The notes beneath the pieces are model-generated. The model did no database searches, was not told where the DNA came from, and saw only the letters and a program-made list of their open reading frames with translations. A program made the translations under genes and the position numbers. A stretch of 63,862 bases of DNA, counting the filler, from Olpidium bornovanus S191 (taxonomy: Eukaryota > Fungi > Olpidiomycota), in NCBI GenBank assembly GCA_017911155.1. It is 30 parts of 30 records of this genome, joined end to end, with 100 filler letters (N's around TTAATTAATTAA, not from the genome) between each part and the next. Parts side by side here need not be neighbours in the genome. Positions count along the whole stretch, not along the records: positions 24,069 to 27,206 come from JAEFCI010008251.1; positions 27,307 to 28,397 come from JAEFCI010005213.1; positions 28,498 to 30,287 come from JAEFCI010005002.1; positions 30,388 to 31,469 come from JAEFCI010010869.1; positions 31,570 to 33,883 come from JAEFCI010005040.1; positions 33,984 to 35,258 come from JAEFCI010012707.1; positions 35,359 to 36,570 come from JAEFCI010011032.1; 23 more parts are not named here. One strand, 5' to 3'. Numbering within the stretch: position 1 is the stretch's first letter; each line of letters begins with the position of its first letter. Below, piece after piece: positions 24,069 to 35,515 of the stretch.

Positions 24069-25236
24069 CATGCGGGACATCGGGGCGATCCCGAAGCTCC
24101 ACAAAGTTGCGCACTGCATCCTCGAGTCGGCCCGCCTTCCGGTAGCACTCAACAACGTGTGGATAAATGCTAAGCGGGAGGTGCCCGTAAACCCTAGTAG
24201 CTTGCTCGACCAGCATTGTCAGCGCCTCCGTGTCAGAACTTCCGGCGGCGCAGGAGAAGACGTAATTAAATGCGTTTGTTGTTGGGCTGCCGATGGAGCG
24301 GAAATGCTCCACGGCGAGGGAAGACCAGTGCGCTGCAGCGGCCTCAAGAACTCGGATTGCCTTGTCGATATCCTTGAGCTGCTCCTCACTCGAACCATCC
24401 TGCTTCAGCGCCTTCTCCTTCCGTTGATACTCGGCGTCCAACTGCAACCGGGCGTCCCGCTGCGCGTGGGCAAGACAACGGAGGATGCACTCGTGCATAA
24501 AATCATTGTCCTGCTTGTCCCAGCCCTCGAGACTGCGGTACTCGTTCCACACTGACAACAGTGCCTTAGGCCGCGGCTGCGGCGCCAGTCGCGAATCGGA
24601 CAGAGCGTCGATGACCAAAGAGTAGGTATGTCGGTTAGGAGAAATGCCTTCCTCCTTGAGCCGCCGGAACAGGACAAGCACGTCTTCAAGCGATTGGTTG
24701 TTCTTTAGATAGAGAAGTTGCTTATTCCGGTTGAGTATGGACTTCGCAGGGGAGGACCCAAACGACCGTCGCTCGCTCGGCTGAGGTCCGGCGTCCGGAA
24801 ATGGTGCAGCAGAAGGCGCCGGCGGGTGCTCCTCAAGCGTAGCGGCCGCCGTAGCAGCGTTGTTGCAGCGAACACCGTCCGCCAGAGGCGGGACTGACCG
24901 TTGAAGTGCTGCATCACGGGACGCCCCGGGGCGCGCAGACGTACCGCGGTGCCAGTCCACGCGGCTGCCAAGGCTTCTGTACCGGGGTTGGCGCCGGTGT
25001 TGGCTCTGCGGTAGGCGAGAGCGGGACGAATTGCGGCCGCGCGCGACAGCACCGCTGTACGACGCCGGCTTGCCGCTGTCGCCGGTGCTGCTGCCGTTAT
25101 TGTTGTTGTCGTCCTGCTGCGGCGGGACGGACGCCCCGGGCCTCAACTGGACCAACGACGGCGTCCTCTGGAAGAACTGCTTGGAGAATCCCTGTTTCGC
25201 GTACTGCGAAAACAGGTGCGATTTCGCGTAGCTCAT
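24069..25236 (-). CDS. Pentatricopeptide-repeat protein, probably mitochondrial, 3' partial
   Basis: PPR-like units VLVLFRRLKEEGISPNRHTYSLVIDAL, PTTNAFNYVFSCAA and IYPHVVECYRKAGRLEDAVRNFVEL; basic, acid-poor N-terminus. Confidence 0.8.
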
Positions 25237-26322
25237 GGCGGCGGGGACGCCGGCGACTGCCGCTTACACGTGACGACAAGGGCCCAGTCGCGCGGGCATG
25301 AGCCTGCGCCGCGCAGCCACGTTTTTCGCGAGCCCGGTGTCCGCCTGGGGCCGACGGCGAGAAGTCGGGGAGCGGCTTGCGCGGTTGAATTCTTCGCCGG
25401 GAACAGCACGCACGTGCGGGAAAGGGCCGTTAGCGTCCCATCCAGCGCCTCCGCCAGACGACCTGACGCGCAGCCGGGAACCGCAGCAGCGCAGAAAACC
25501 CACTTTACCCCTGCTGGCACCAACCGGGCGGATGTCGCGGAAAAATGGAAAGAGTGGAGGCGGGTGGGGGGTGCGGGTGGAAGAGGTGTCAAACGGATCC
25601 ACAGAGCACGTGACCTCTCTGTGTATCGTTAACAGCTCCGCTTACCGTCGCTCCTTTTCCCTTCCTCGCCGCCTTCTTTTTACGATGCAAAAGGAAAAAT
25701 TCAACCATGGGCGGCGTCGGGGGGCTGCGGCCTCTCCATCGTTTCATCTTCTCTCTCCTTTCCAAAAGAAGGGGATGAGGGGATATCCCACCCTTGGAGT
25801 GTGCGATCCCGGGACCGATCTGCGACCTGCTGGCCAAACTAGCCGCAGGCGGCGCGCCGGAAGTTTGGCCTGAACGCGGAACGCCCCCGCGCGCGGGTCC
25901 TGAATATCCAAAGAGATCCTCTCGGCCGCGCGCCCGTTTTGTTGCGGTGCATCCCCAACGGCAATTCGATCCCCTTCGCTGCCCGCGCGTCGGCGCACAA
26001 CCTTCCCAATGAACTTGCCGCTGTGGACCGTGGGCGTCAGGCCGGTGCAATTGAGCAGCCAGGGGATGATGTAGTCGTGCGATGCAGCCGTCGTGAAACG
26101 ATACATTCTTTTTATTTTTTTTTAATTTTCTTTCTCTTCTTCCCCTCCGCCGGTCAGCGCGGAGGTGGAAAAAAACGCCGGCCCCGCCCGCGTCAGGACT
26201 TTGACACATGCAAAAAAAAAAAAAAAAAAAAGGATCGCAGCCAAACCGACAACGGCACACGAAAACGTTTGGAGGCAAGAAGGGCGGGTCCGTTTCCCGT
26301 CATATTGTAGGCCGCAGCGCTC

Positions 26323-26618
26323 GATGGAGCCCCGAACTAGCTAAGCTAGTGATAGATAAAAACGCAGGATGGAGCCCGCAACCAGCGAAGCTAGTGATAG
26401 AAAAAAACAAAAGAAAAAAAAAAAAGAAAAAGAGGGGTTGGCTCCCGCCGGCGAACTAGCTAAACTAGTGACAGATAAAAACGCAGGATGGAGCCCGGAA
26501 CTAGCTAAGCTAGTGATAGATAAAAACAGAAAAAAAAAGAGGGGTTGGCTCCCGCCGGCAAACTAGCTAAGCTAGAGATAGATAAACCAGAAAAAAAGAG
26601 GTTGGCTTCTGCCGGCGC
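26323..26618 (+). repeat. Composite (higher-order) tandem repeat with 5 cores AACTAGCTAAGCTAGTGATAGATAAAAAC
   Basis: Cores start at 26335, 26380, 26454, 26499 and 26561, separated by two alternating spacer types. Confidence 0.9.
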
Positions 26619-26623
26619 CAGAC

Positions 26624-27206
26624 TCAGCGGTCAGGGCTGCTCAAGTTCATCCAGGTTGCCCATAAAATGTTCTTGAGCTGCAGCAAATCCGGCCTTCGGC
26701 GGTGCTTCGCGGGGAGTTGACGAAACTCGCCGGTCATGTTCAGCGAACGACCGACGTGCTCCGGCGACACGAAGTCCATCGCCACCTTGACGGCGCTCCG
26801 AAGGTTGGCGACCTGGTGTACGCAGCCCGCCGGTACGTAGACTGCGTCCCCGGGCTTCTGGTAGACGCGCCAACCCCGGACGCCGTACTTTACGTGGAGG
26901 AGGCGGCGCTCCGCGTCGGTGAGGTACACGACCTGGTCGTGTATGATGTCGGCCGCATCCTCCACGGCCCCCTTCGACGCTCCCGGGCCGGGCGGCCTCC
27001 GCGGTAGCACCTCCTTCCGCAGGAACTCGCGCACGACGTCCAACTTGTCCGCGGGGAATATGTCCCAGACCGCACCGACCTGATTGCCATCATCGTCGTT
27101 GTTCTCGGAGTCCTCGTCCCTACCGACATGCACCATGAGGTTGACGGCGTCGGCCATGTCGAGGTGCAAACACGTGGTGCCGACAGAGCCGCGGCGCACC
27201 GTGGCA
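26624..27206 (-). CDS. JmjC histone demethylase, KDM3/JMJD1 family, C-terminal exon, 5' partial
   Basis: GTTCLHLDMADAVNLM, GAVWDIF, IHDQVVYL, YQKPGDAVYVPAGCVHQVANL, VKVAMDFVSPE and DLLQLKNIL; the HxD...H iron ligands are intact. Confidence 0.92.
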
Positions 27207-27306
27207 NNNNNNNNNNNNNNNNNNNNNNNNNNNNNNNNNNNNNNNNNNNNTTAATTAATTAANNNNNNNNNNNNNNNNNNNNNNNNNNNNNNNNNNNNNN
27301 NNNNNN

Positions 27307-28040
27307 GTCTCGCAATCGTACACCGGATATCCCTTCCAGCACATCACGTCTAGTATGTAATACACGTGCTTTTCCTGATCGAAGATGCAGTCAAGAATGC
27401 AGTAGTCGCTCGATTGGCTGCCTCTGGGAGTTGGGGAGAAGTCGATAAGCCGCCACGTCTTTTTTTTCGACGTGTACGCCGTCAATTTCTTCGAAACTCA
27501 CTTCCAGTCCTTTGCTCCAGCTGGTAATGCCGACTGAAATTCGTCAAAAATCCTACCGCTTTTCAGCCGGCTGGTGGTCTTTCCTGCCGTCCGCAAGTTG
27601 ATCAACAATTTGAGCTCTAGCCGATATGTCGAACTTCACCGGAGAAACAAAAGTCCAAAAAATACTTTACCGAAGGACGACACGACCAGGCATCGCTTTC
27701 CGATCGGGCAGAGCAAGCTGTACCAGTCCTCGCTCAGCTCCTTAAAGGAGGGCACGTCGAACATCTCTTCCGCCAGCATCAGCTGCCCGGCGTACGGATT
27801 CTTCTTCCTGTTCCGTTTCGGGCCGCCCTGCCGGTGTTTCACGCGCTGCTTCTTATGCCCGCCGCCCCCCGGATGTTCGTCCTGTTCATCGTCCTCCAGC
27901 GGCCGTTTCGGCGGTCGCGTTGCGGGTCCTTCCAACCCGCCACCGTCCTCCTCAGAAAATTCATCCGAAGACTCCGCCGTTGAGACCGGAACGCGGTCGA
28001 ACGCCACCGCTCTCGCGTGGTCTGTGAGGTCGCGGCGTCG
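27307..28040 (-). CDS. SNUPN: Snurportin-1 (m3G-cap import adaptor), internal exons
   Basis: RRRDLTDHAR, YAGQLMLAE, WYSLLCPIGKRCLVVSS and YCILDCIFDQEKHVYYILDVMCWKGYPVYDCE match human SNUPN YANQLMLSE, CPVGKRALIV and YTILDCIY...YYVLDVMCWRGHPFYDC. Confidence 0.92.
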
Positions 28041-28139
28041 CTGGACAACGCGTCAGACGGTTTTTTTTGAGGCGGCGCGGATTGAAGGGCAACGGTTGCC
28101 CGATGGGCCGGGGGACAGGGGGTTCGACAAACGCAGATA

Positions 28140-28169
28140 ACCAGAGAGAGATAGAGAAAGTAAGAGAGA

Positions 28170-28252
<83 letters not shown>
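28140..28252. repeat. (AG)n microsatellite
   Basis: Long imperfect GA run. Confidence 0.9.
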
Positions 28253-28253
<1 letters not shown>

Positions 28254-28555
28254 GGGGACGCACGGCGAACTCCAGGCCAGGTAGCGGGATAACCCTACCC
28301 CCTCTCCCCGTACCCCACCTCTCACCTGCCGCTGTTCGTCCAGGCGCGTCCGCCTCCGCTCCTCCTGCGACTCGGCCAGCGTCCTTCCTGCCCGGAANNN
28401 NNNNNNNNNNNNNNNNNNNNNNNNNNNNNNNNNNNNNNNNNTTAATTAATTAANNNNNNNNNNNNNNNNNNNNNNNNNNNNNNNNNNNNNNNNNNNNCAT
28501 GCACCTGACGAAAGCCGCAAAACGCGGCGAGGCGACAAAAGTCGCCACGGCTTAC

Positions 28556-29523
28556 CTCTGCTGCAGAACGGTTTTGCCAGACTCTTCCGTGTGGGAGAGG
28601 GCTTTCGCGATCTGCCCGATTTCCGTCGCCATTCCAGTACTGATTACTACGCCCTTGCCGCGGCCCTTGGTGACTACGGTGGACGAATACGCGAGATTCA
28701 CGCGATCTCCGACGGCGACATTTTCGTTCTCGATGACAGAGATCCTTCAAAGCAATTTCGGGAGCAAATGAAGGGAAACAAAAAACAGACATCATTCAGC
28801 TCCGGCAAACGCGCGGTCGACAGCACGGAGTAAAACCGGAGTTGAGTGGTCGGAAACATACCTTTTTGCCACGGGAGCGGACTCGCCGGTGAGCAGCGCT
28901 TCATCAATCTCCAGGTTGAAAACCTCGAGGAGCCGCAGATCAGCAGGGATGACGTCGCCGTCTTTGAACTGGATGATGTCCCCCTGGATCGGACGCGTGT
29001 ACAAAAGGTCGCATCAGATCTTGCCCGCCCCCTTCCGCCCCCCCCCCCCTCCTCTTCCCCACGCAATCTCCTGTCGACCCCTAATACTTACGGAGACAAC
29101 CTGCAAAGCGGGAATATGATGCTGGGCGCCCTCGCGCACCACCAGAGCAGTGGGACTGGTAAGGCTCCTCAACGAGGCCATCGTCTTCTCCGCACGGTAC
29201 TCTTGCAGGTACCCGATGAAGGTGTTCGTGATGATGACGATCATGACGACGCCGGCCTCCACCCAGTCGCGGACGGCCATGGATATGATGAAGGCCAGGA
29301 GGAGGACGATGGTCATGGAGTTGGCCAGCTGGGCCGCAAACACCTTCCATTTCGACACGCCGGACTGGCCCAGGAGCTCGTTGGGGCCGTGCTTCTCCAG
29401 GCGGCCGGCGGCGTCGGCTTTCGTCAGGCCGTCCTCGCGGTCGGTGGCGAAGTGCCGCAGGCATTTTTCAACGTCCCAGCTGTGGAACGGCAACTTCCTC
29501 CCGGCGGCCGCAGGGGCAGACAT
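28556..29523 (-). CDS. ENA1: P-type ATPase, type IID (ENA Na+/K+ efflux), N-terminal exons, 3' partial
   Basis: HGPNEL, QEYRAEKTMASLRSLTSPTA, PGDII..KDGDVIPADLRL..VFNLEIDEALLTGES and GDRVNLAYSSTVVTKGRGKGVVISTGMATEIGQIA. LAYSS.VTKGR and QEY.AEKTM.SLR are ENA-type. Confidence 0.88.
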
Positions 29524-29805
29524 CGGGGAGCGCGACTGACGCCGGGCTGAATCGACAACGCCCGGCAGGAGCTTTGCCAACCCCCCCCCCCCCCTGGTTT
29601 TTCGAGCAGAAAAGAGAGCGCGGGCGCGGAGGTGGGGGGGAGGCGAGGAAGCAAGACAACGCGGCGCAGCGGATTGACCGCGTCAGCACGACCACGCGCG
29701 GCGTTCGGACCCCGAGGCGAGAAATACGCCCCCCCCCCTCGCGCTCGCACGGGGGGAGGCGCCGGACGGCAGCAAAACGGAAAAGAGACGCACCAAGAGG
29801 GTGTG

Positions 29806-29807
<2 letters not shown>

Positions 29808-29862
<55 letters not shown>
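29808..29862. repeat. (GT)n microsatellite
   Basis: About 27 GT units. Confidence 0.95.
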
Positions 29863-29864
<2 letters not shown>

Positions 29865-29973
29865 GCGGGCGGAGGAGGAGGAGGCGGGGTCTGCGTGTCC
29901 GCTGGGCGGGGGGGGGGGAAAGTCGCGCGTTTGCGAGTGTGGATTCGCCGTGTTGGTTTCACGCTCCGTTCTT

Positions 29974-30017
<44 letters not shown>

Positions 30018-30231
30018 CTCTCCCTTTTTTTTTTTCGGCCCCCCCCCCCCCCTTTTTTCCTTTTTTTTTTCCCTTTCTCTTATTTCTGCCCGCCCGGCCG
30101 CCCGCCCGCCCGGCCCTTTTTGTTCCGCGGCAGAGAGCTCTTTCCGAACGGGGAAGAGAAAGAAGAGACAGAGACAGAGACAGAGAGAAAAGGCGTTGTG
30201 GGGGGGGGAAACAAAAAAGGGGAAGGAGAAA

Positions 30232-30269
<38 letters not shown>

Positions 30270-30387
30270 AACAAAAACAAAAAAAAANNNNNNNNNNNNN
30301 NNNNNNNNNNNNNNNNNNNNNNNNNNNNNNNTTAATTAATTAANNNNNNNNNNNNNNNNNNNNNNNNNNNNNNNNNNNNNNNNNNNN

Positions 30388-31469
30388 CATGAGTTATGAA
30401 GACTAGGCGTGGATACTGCGCGCCGGTGGGCAAAGTCAGACGCGGAAGGTGCTACCGTCGAAGCACTTTGCAAGTTATCCATATTCGTCGAGGTGCTTTT
30501 TACGAGAATTCTTCTCCGGGTGCATTTCCTGGCGATGTCGGCAAGGGCGGTCCTTGCGTTCGCTAGGCTTGCGCGCTTCAGCTTCGTGTTTGTCTGCAGT
30601 GAGATTGCGGTTGTGAGCATCGTTGTCGGACTGGCATTCGCGATCCTAACTCCTGCAGTCTTGTCGTCGGTATCTTTGTTTTCAAATGAGTCGGAGCTTT
30701 GGTCGCTCGAAACGTGCAGGCAATCCTGCATCCTCTCCGCAAAATTGTGCATTTCTTCCAGAGCATCGTTGTCCCGCGAGACGAGCTCGTGAGATCCCAT
30801 GACTTTGCTGATCGCAGATGCCGCGGCCTTGGACGGATGTGACTGATGGTCGCAAGGGTATTCTGCAAACAGGCAAGAGAGCTCGTTGGGACAGAACACA
30901 TGAGAAGGCCGGACGGAGCGCTCGCCCTCGCGTCCGCCGTGCCGTTTCCGTGGTTCGCCGCCGGGATTGCGGTCCGCGGCCGACTCGTCCGCGAAGCGCG
31001 GCGATCGCAGCGAATAGTGGACGGTAATCGTAATCTTCAGGCGCGCGGCGGACAAGGAAAACGTGGAGCCGGCGCCTTCGCTCTCCAACTTTTGCAGCGG
31101 GCGTCTGTGCTGCGCGGTCGCGCCGCGACCGATGCTCTCCGAAGACAAGCGGGATTCGGCCCTGTCGCGCCGGAAGCTTTTGGGCAGCCCCAAGTGCTGG
31201 TCCAACAACCTGTCGAAGTAGTTGGGTTTCCATACGTGGCGCGCGGGGTGAGCCTTCCCGTCCGCCCGTTTGAGAATGAACGCCTTACTCTCCGCCCAGC
31301 TCCGCAGCATCATTGTCTGGCCGAATTCCTAAGTCCATTTTCCAACAGGTCAAACAGGCACTTTACAAACTCCTGCCAGGGCGGACAGTACCAGCGGAAC
31401 ATCTTGAACGTACATTCATAAAGGCTTTCTGATCGTCCGGAAAGGACGCGGCCCATTTCTCCGGCATGA
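30388..31469 (-). CDS. Unassigned protein fragment, possibly the end of a DENN domain followed by a low-complexity tail
   Basis: Splicing out 31329-31413 (GTACGT...TTAG) gives PEKWAASFPDDQKAFMN|EFGQTMMLRSWAESK, loosely like the dDENN F..F..TQMF motif, continuing into ORF 30336-31313. Confidence 0.3.
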
Positions 31470-31659
31470 NNNNNNNNNNNNNNNNNNNNNNNNNNNNNNN
31501 NNNNNNNNNNNNNTTAATTAATTAANNNNNNNNNNNNNNNNNNNNNNNNNNNNNNNNNNNNNNNNNNNNACGCGCAAACAAACAAACAAGCACTTGCCGG
31601 CAGCCCCACTCTCTTCGTGAAGAGCAGCGGGGGCAGAACGGGCTTGGCGGGGGCTTGTC

Positions 31660-32075
31660 TTGTTGCTCTCCTTCTCCTCTCCCTCTGCGCACGCGCCAAC
31701 AAATGGCGGGCGGCTCTCCTTCTGCTTTCCTGCGCGCGCGCCAACGGATGGCGGGCGGCTATTCTTCTTCTTTCCTTCTGCTTTCCTTCTGCTCTCCCTC
31801 TGCGCACGCGCCAACGGATGGCGGGCGGCTCTCCTTCTGCTTTCCTGCGCGCGCGCCAACGGATGGCGCGCGGCGGCGGTTCTCCCTCTGCTCTCCTTCT
31901 GCGCGCGCGACGGCGCCAACGAATGGCGCGCGGCTCGACTCGGCCCTCAGCGGCGGCGCCAACGGATGGCGCGCGTCTTCTCTTTTTGCTCTCCTTCCGC
32001 GCACGCGACGGCGCCAACGGATGGCGCCCGGCTCGACTTGGCTCTCGGCGGCGGCGCCAATGGATGGCGCGCCGC
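31660..32075 (+). repeat. GC-rich minisatellite with 8 palindromic cores GCGCCA-N5-TGGCG(C)
   Basis: Cores at about 31693, 31738, 31808, 31853, 31913, 31956, 32011 and 32054. Confidence 0.88.
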
Positions 32076-32226
32076 TTCTCTTTCTTTGGAGGACGATGGA
32101 GCGACAGGGGAAGGTCGAGAGGTCAGGAGGTCAGGAGGTCACGGGCAGGGCGCCGTTGGGCTCAGGCTCGCGGACAGGGCGCCCTTTTTTTGGGCTCATA
32201 ACCTGTTGTAGAACCGCGTTGTTTTA

Positions 32227-33429
32227 TTGTTGAAGGGAGAGGGGGAAGGGGGAAAGGAAAAGTGGCGGAGAGGTACAGTTCAACTAGTGGGTGAACTACA
32301 GGGCAACGCAACACAACACTGCACGGATGTTAAAATTAAGCGGATCCTGCAAGGAGTCCATGACAGTGATGCTGCGGGGCACCGAGGGATCTGGAGTATT
32401 TACGTCCGGGTCCGGGATCGATTTATCTGGGGGCGAATGTTCGAATCAGTTCAGGATTATGTTCGCTCATGCCCAACATGTCAGAAATTTTCCAAAGAAA
32501 AAGACCGGGACACCCTAGCCTTGATGATATCAACATAGTTGCATCGACGGTGGTACATTGACATTGTCGCTATGCCTCGTTCAAGTGAGGGGCATGTCTG
32601 TTATGTGGAAGCGCGAGAAGAGCTCAGTAACTTTCCTGAGGCGCGAGCATTGCGATCAAAGAGGTGGGAACCTGTTGGACGATTTATCTTGGAAGACATC
32701 ATGGCACATTATGGATGTGCGGATATTCTGCGAGGGGATGGAGGGGAGCTGAACGAAGCCGGAATTAAAAACTTTCTTCGGCGGTATGGGATTAAATTGC
32801 ACCTAACTACACCCTATAATCCTGGAACCAATGGGAAGGTTGAACGAGGCCACAGTAGTTTGCTCGGGATCTTGTGGAAAAGTTGCAACGGTCGCCTGCG
32901 GGACTGGGCTAGGAAATTACCTTTAGCTTTGTGGGCAGACCGAACAACGGTGTCCCGATCGACCAGGTACATGCCAGCGGAGCTACTAACTGGAACACGC
33001 CCGTCTTTCCCGGTGGACATGGACATGCTAAATTGGGCGGGCCTACCATGGGAGGATGGCTGTACGACGGATGAGCTTATTGCGTTGCGGCTCAGGCAGC
33101 TAGAAAGACGGGAAGTCGACCTTGAACGGGCTAAGGAGCGACTGGCGAAAGAACGGGAAAAGGCAAAGGAGATGGGGGACTCAGCCCGAACGACACGGGA
33201 GCAAACCATTGAACCCGGAGAATAGGTCTTAGTGCGGAATGATCGAATCTTTAACGAGTTTCGGACAGAGCGGAAGCTCTTGCCTCGGTGGTTTGGGCCC
33301 TATGTTGTGGACAAAATAAACCGAGACACTCGAACTTACATCCTTCGTGAGCTGGATGGAACCCCGTTAAAGACACGATATTCGGGAACTCGGATCCGGC
33401 TGTTCCGCCGTCGAACTGGTGAGATGTGA
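32227..33429 (+). mobile_element. Ty3/gypsy retrotransposon integrase remnant with two in-frame stops
   Basis: ORFs 32227-32538, 32539-33225 and 33232-33429 share one frame. HHCC (HDS..AGH...CPTC), DDE core (WYID, RGDG, KVERG) and KLLPRWFGPY; TAG at 32536-32538 and 33223-33225. Confidence 0.93.
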
Positions 33430-33998
33430 ACGGAACCGACCCAACTGGAGGCGGAGCTCAGCGAAGAAGACGAGTTGGGATGTGACGAAGAAGAAACAGA
33501 CCTGCGCTCAAGAATGCACAATTAACACGCAACGAGCGTACGTGAACTACGAATGCCCTGATTCCTCTCAAGAATACGTAGGCAGTCTATGAACCGCGGG
33601 AAACCTCAGGGAGATGCGGGAGAAAACAATGATCGATGCAAAATGTTGGTTCACCGAATTGCAACACGAGAAAATGGAGGACACACCTGGGACGTTTCCG
33701 ACGATCGAACAGGACGGGGAGAGGTGGCGCTCCAGCGCTCTGGCCTCCGTGGGACAGGACCAAAAAGGAACGAGACCCCACGTTCTGAGCTGCTTCGGGA
33801 AAATAAAGGGGAACGATACCACTGGGAGAATATGATCCAAAACTGCCGGTTCGAATTCCTGATTTGGGCCCTGATATTCCATGNNNNNNNNNNNNNNNNN
33901 NNNNNNNNNNNNNNNNNNNNNNNNNNNTTAATTAATTAANNNNNNNNNNNNNNNNNNNNNNNNNNNNNNNNNNNNNNNNNNNNAAAAAAAAAAAAGTG

Positions 33999-34036
<38 letters not shown>

Positions 34037-34183
34037 CCGAATCGTCCCGCGAAGTCAGCCGATACTTTGCGTGCGGGCGGGAGGAAAAGGAAGTACAAAA
34101 AAAGAGGGGGGTGGGGAATGATTCGCGATCCCGCACCTCCCCCCCCCACACCCCCCACATCCCCCGAGATTTTCCCCACAAAC

Positions 34184-35258
34184 CTGCTCGGCAACGTCCG
34201 CCCGCCCCGCCCCGAACAAAAACTCCGAGGCCCCCTTCACGGCGTCCGCGACCCTCTTGCCGTCCAGAGACGTCCGTTTCTCGCTTTCGCCGCGGCGGAC
34301 GCGCAGGGGCCTGGCGGCGGTGCCTTTGGCGGCGGTCTCGAGTCCGGCCAGCGCGAACACGCGCCCGAGGCCTTCCTCGGACCACAGCACCATGCGCGCT
34401 TCGCGGTCGTCGGGCGGCGGCCGGGAGATCCGGCCGGTGAGCACGCCCACGCACGACCGCGACGCCGGCGACTGGCGGCAGGCAAACAGGATGCTCGGCA
34501 GCAGAGGAAGTCGGGACAGCACGGGCGCCCAGTAGACGGGAGGCAGCGGGTACGGCACCGCCGCCAGAGAGGTGAGAAGCACGGTGGCGCATTCTGGCGC
34601 AGGTGTGGGCAAGGCTCCGCCTGCGCGTGAAACAAAAGAAAAATTTTTTCGTTAATTGGGCGGCATTAGGCGTAGCACGGGGGATCTCGCAAGCACCACT
34701 CCTGTCGTACTGCCTCCCAAAACCTCAAAGGCCGCCCGGAGATAACTCGTCTGGGCCGGTAGCTTTCCGTAGTCCTGCGGCTCGCCGGTGAAGTTGGCCT
34801 CTGCCGGCCGGTCTTCGCCCGGGACGTTTCGTCCGCCGATTTCTAGGGCGGCTACGCGTGACATCTCGGGGTTAAAAAAAAAAATCAAATAAACACTTAA
34901 CATTTCACCAAGGCAAACAAATCCAAACCGGTTACCCAAGTGCCCTAATGCGATCAACGCCGACTGCGCCAACGCTTTCTTGACCCCCGGCCGGACGCGC
35001 CTTCCTTCAACGTCTAGGCCCGCAGCGGAGCACACGGCCGCGACCGCCTTGGCCTGGAGGACAACCATCTCTCCGGTCGGCCGGTCGTCCCGATTGCCGG
35101 TCTCTGGGCGTGCGAATGCCAGGATGTCCGCGCCGATCATGGCCGTCGCCGCCAGCACTGAAGCGGAACGCTCGTCAGCGGAGAGAGCGCACTTCTCCAG
35201 GCGCGCGAGTTCCGACTTCAGTTCGGCTGCGATTTCTGACGAGAGGCGACGGACCAGC
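34184..35258 (-). CDS. Focadhesin/RST1-like ARM-repeat protein, internal exons
   Basis: PQDYGKLPAQTSYLRAAFEVL and YPLPPVYWAPVLSRL resemble focadhesin SLSYLPESSFIRAA and YQYPPVNWAALLSPL, recalled from memory. Confidence 0.5.
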
Positions 35259-35365
35259 NNNNNNNNNNNNNNNNNNNNNNNNNNNNNNNNNNNNNNNNNN
35301 NNTTAATTAATTAANNNNNNNNNNNNNNNNNNNNNNNNNNNNNNNNNNNNNNNNNNNNGAGGTAG

Positions 35366-35414
<49 letters not shown>

Positions 35415-35484
35415 GAAAAAAAAAAAAAAAAAAAAAAATGAGAGGGGGAAAAAGGGGGGGCCCGGGGAAAAAAAAAAAAAAAGA

Positions 35485-35515
<31 letters not shown>

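Noticed and set aside
26323-26618. CRISPR array
   Set aside because: The spacers are themselves repeated (two types), there are no cas genes and the context is eukaryotic.
29424-30343. Long ORFs in the track built from poly-K/F/P/G and VC/TH/ER repeats (also 33928-37829, 40273-41423, 53679-54180)
   Set aside because: They are translations of homopolymers and microsatellites, antisense or alternate frames of GC-rich genes, or ORFs running through N linkers.
31660-32075. CRISPR array with palindromic repeats
   Set aside because: The linkers between cores are homologous to each other and vary widely in length; this is a minisatellite.
33845-33866. tRNA T-arm / Pol III B box (CCGGTTCGAATTCC)
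   Set aside because: There is an extra T in the loop, no A box and no cloverleaf upstream.
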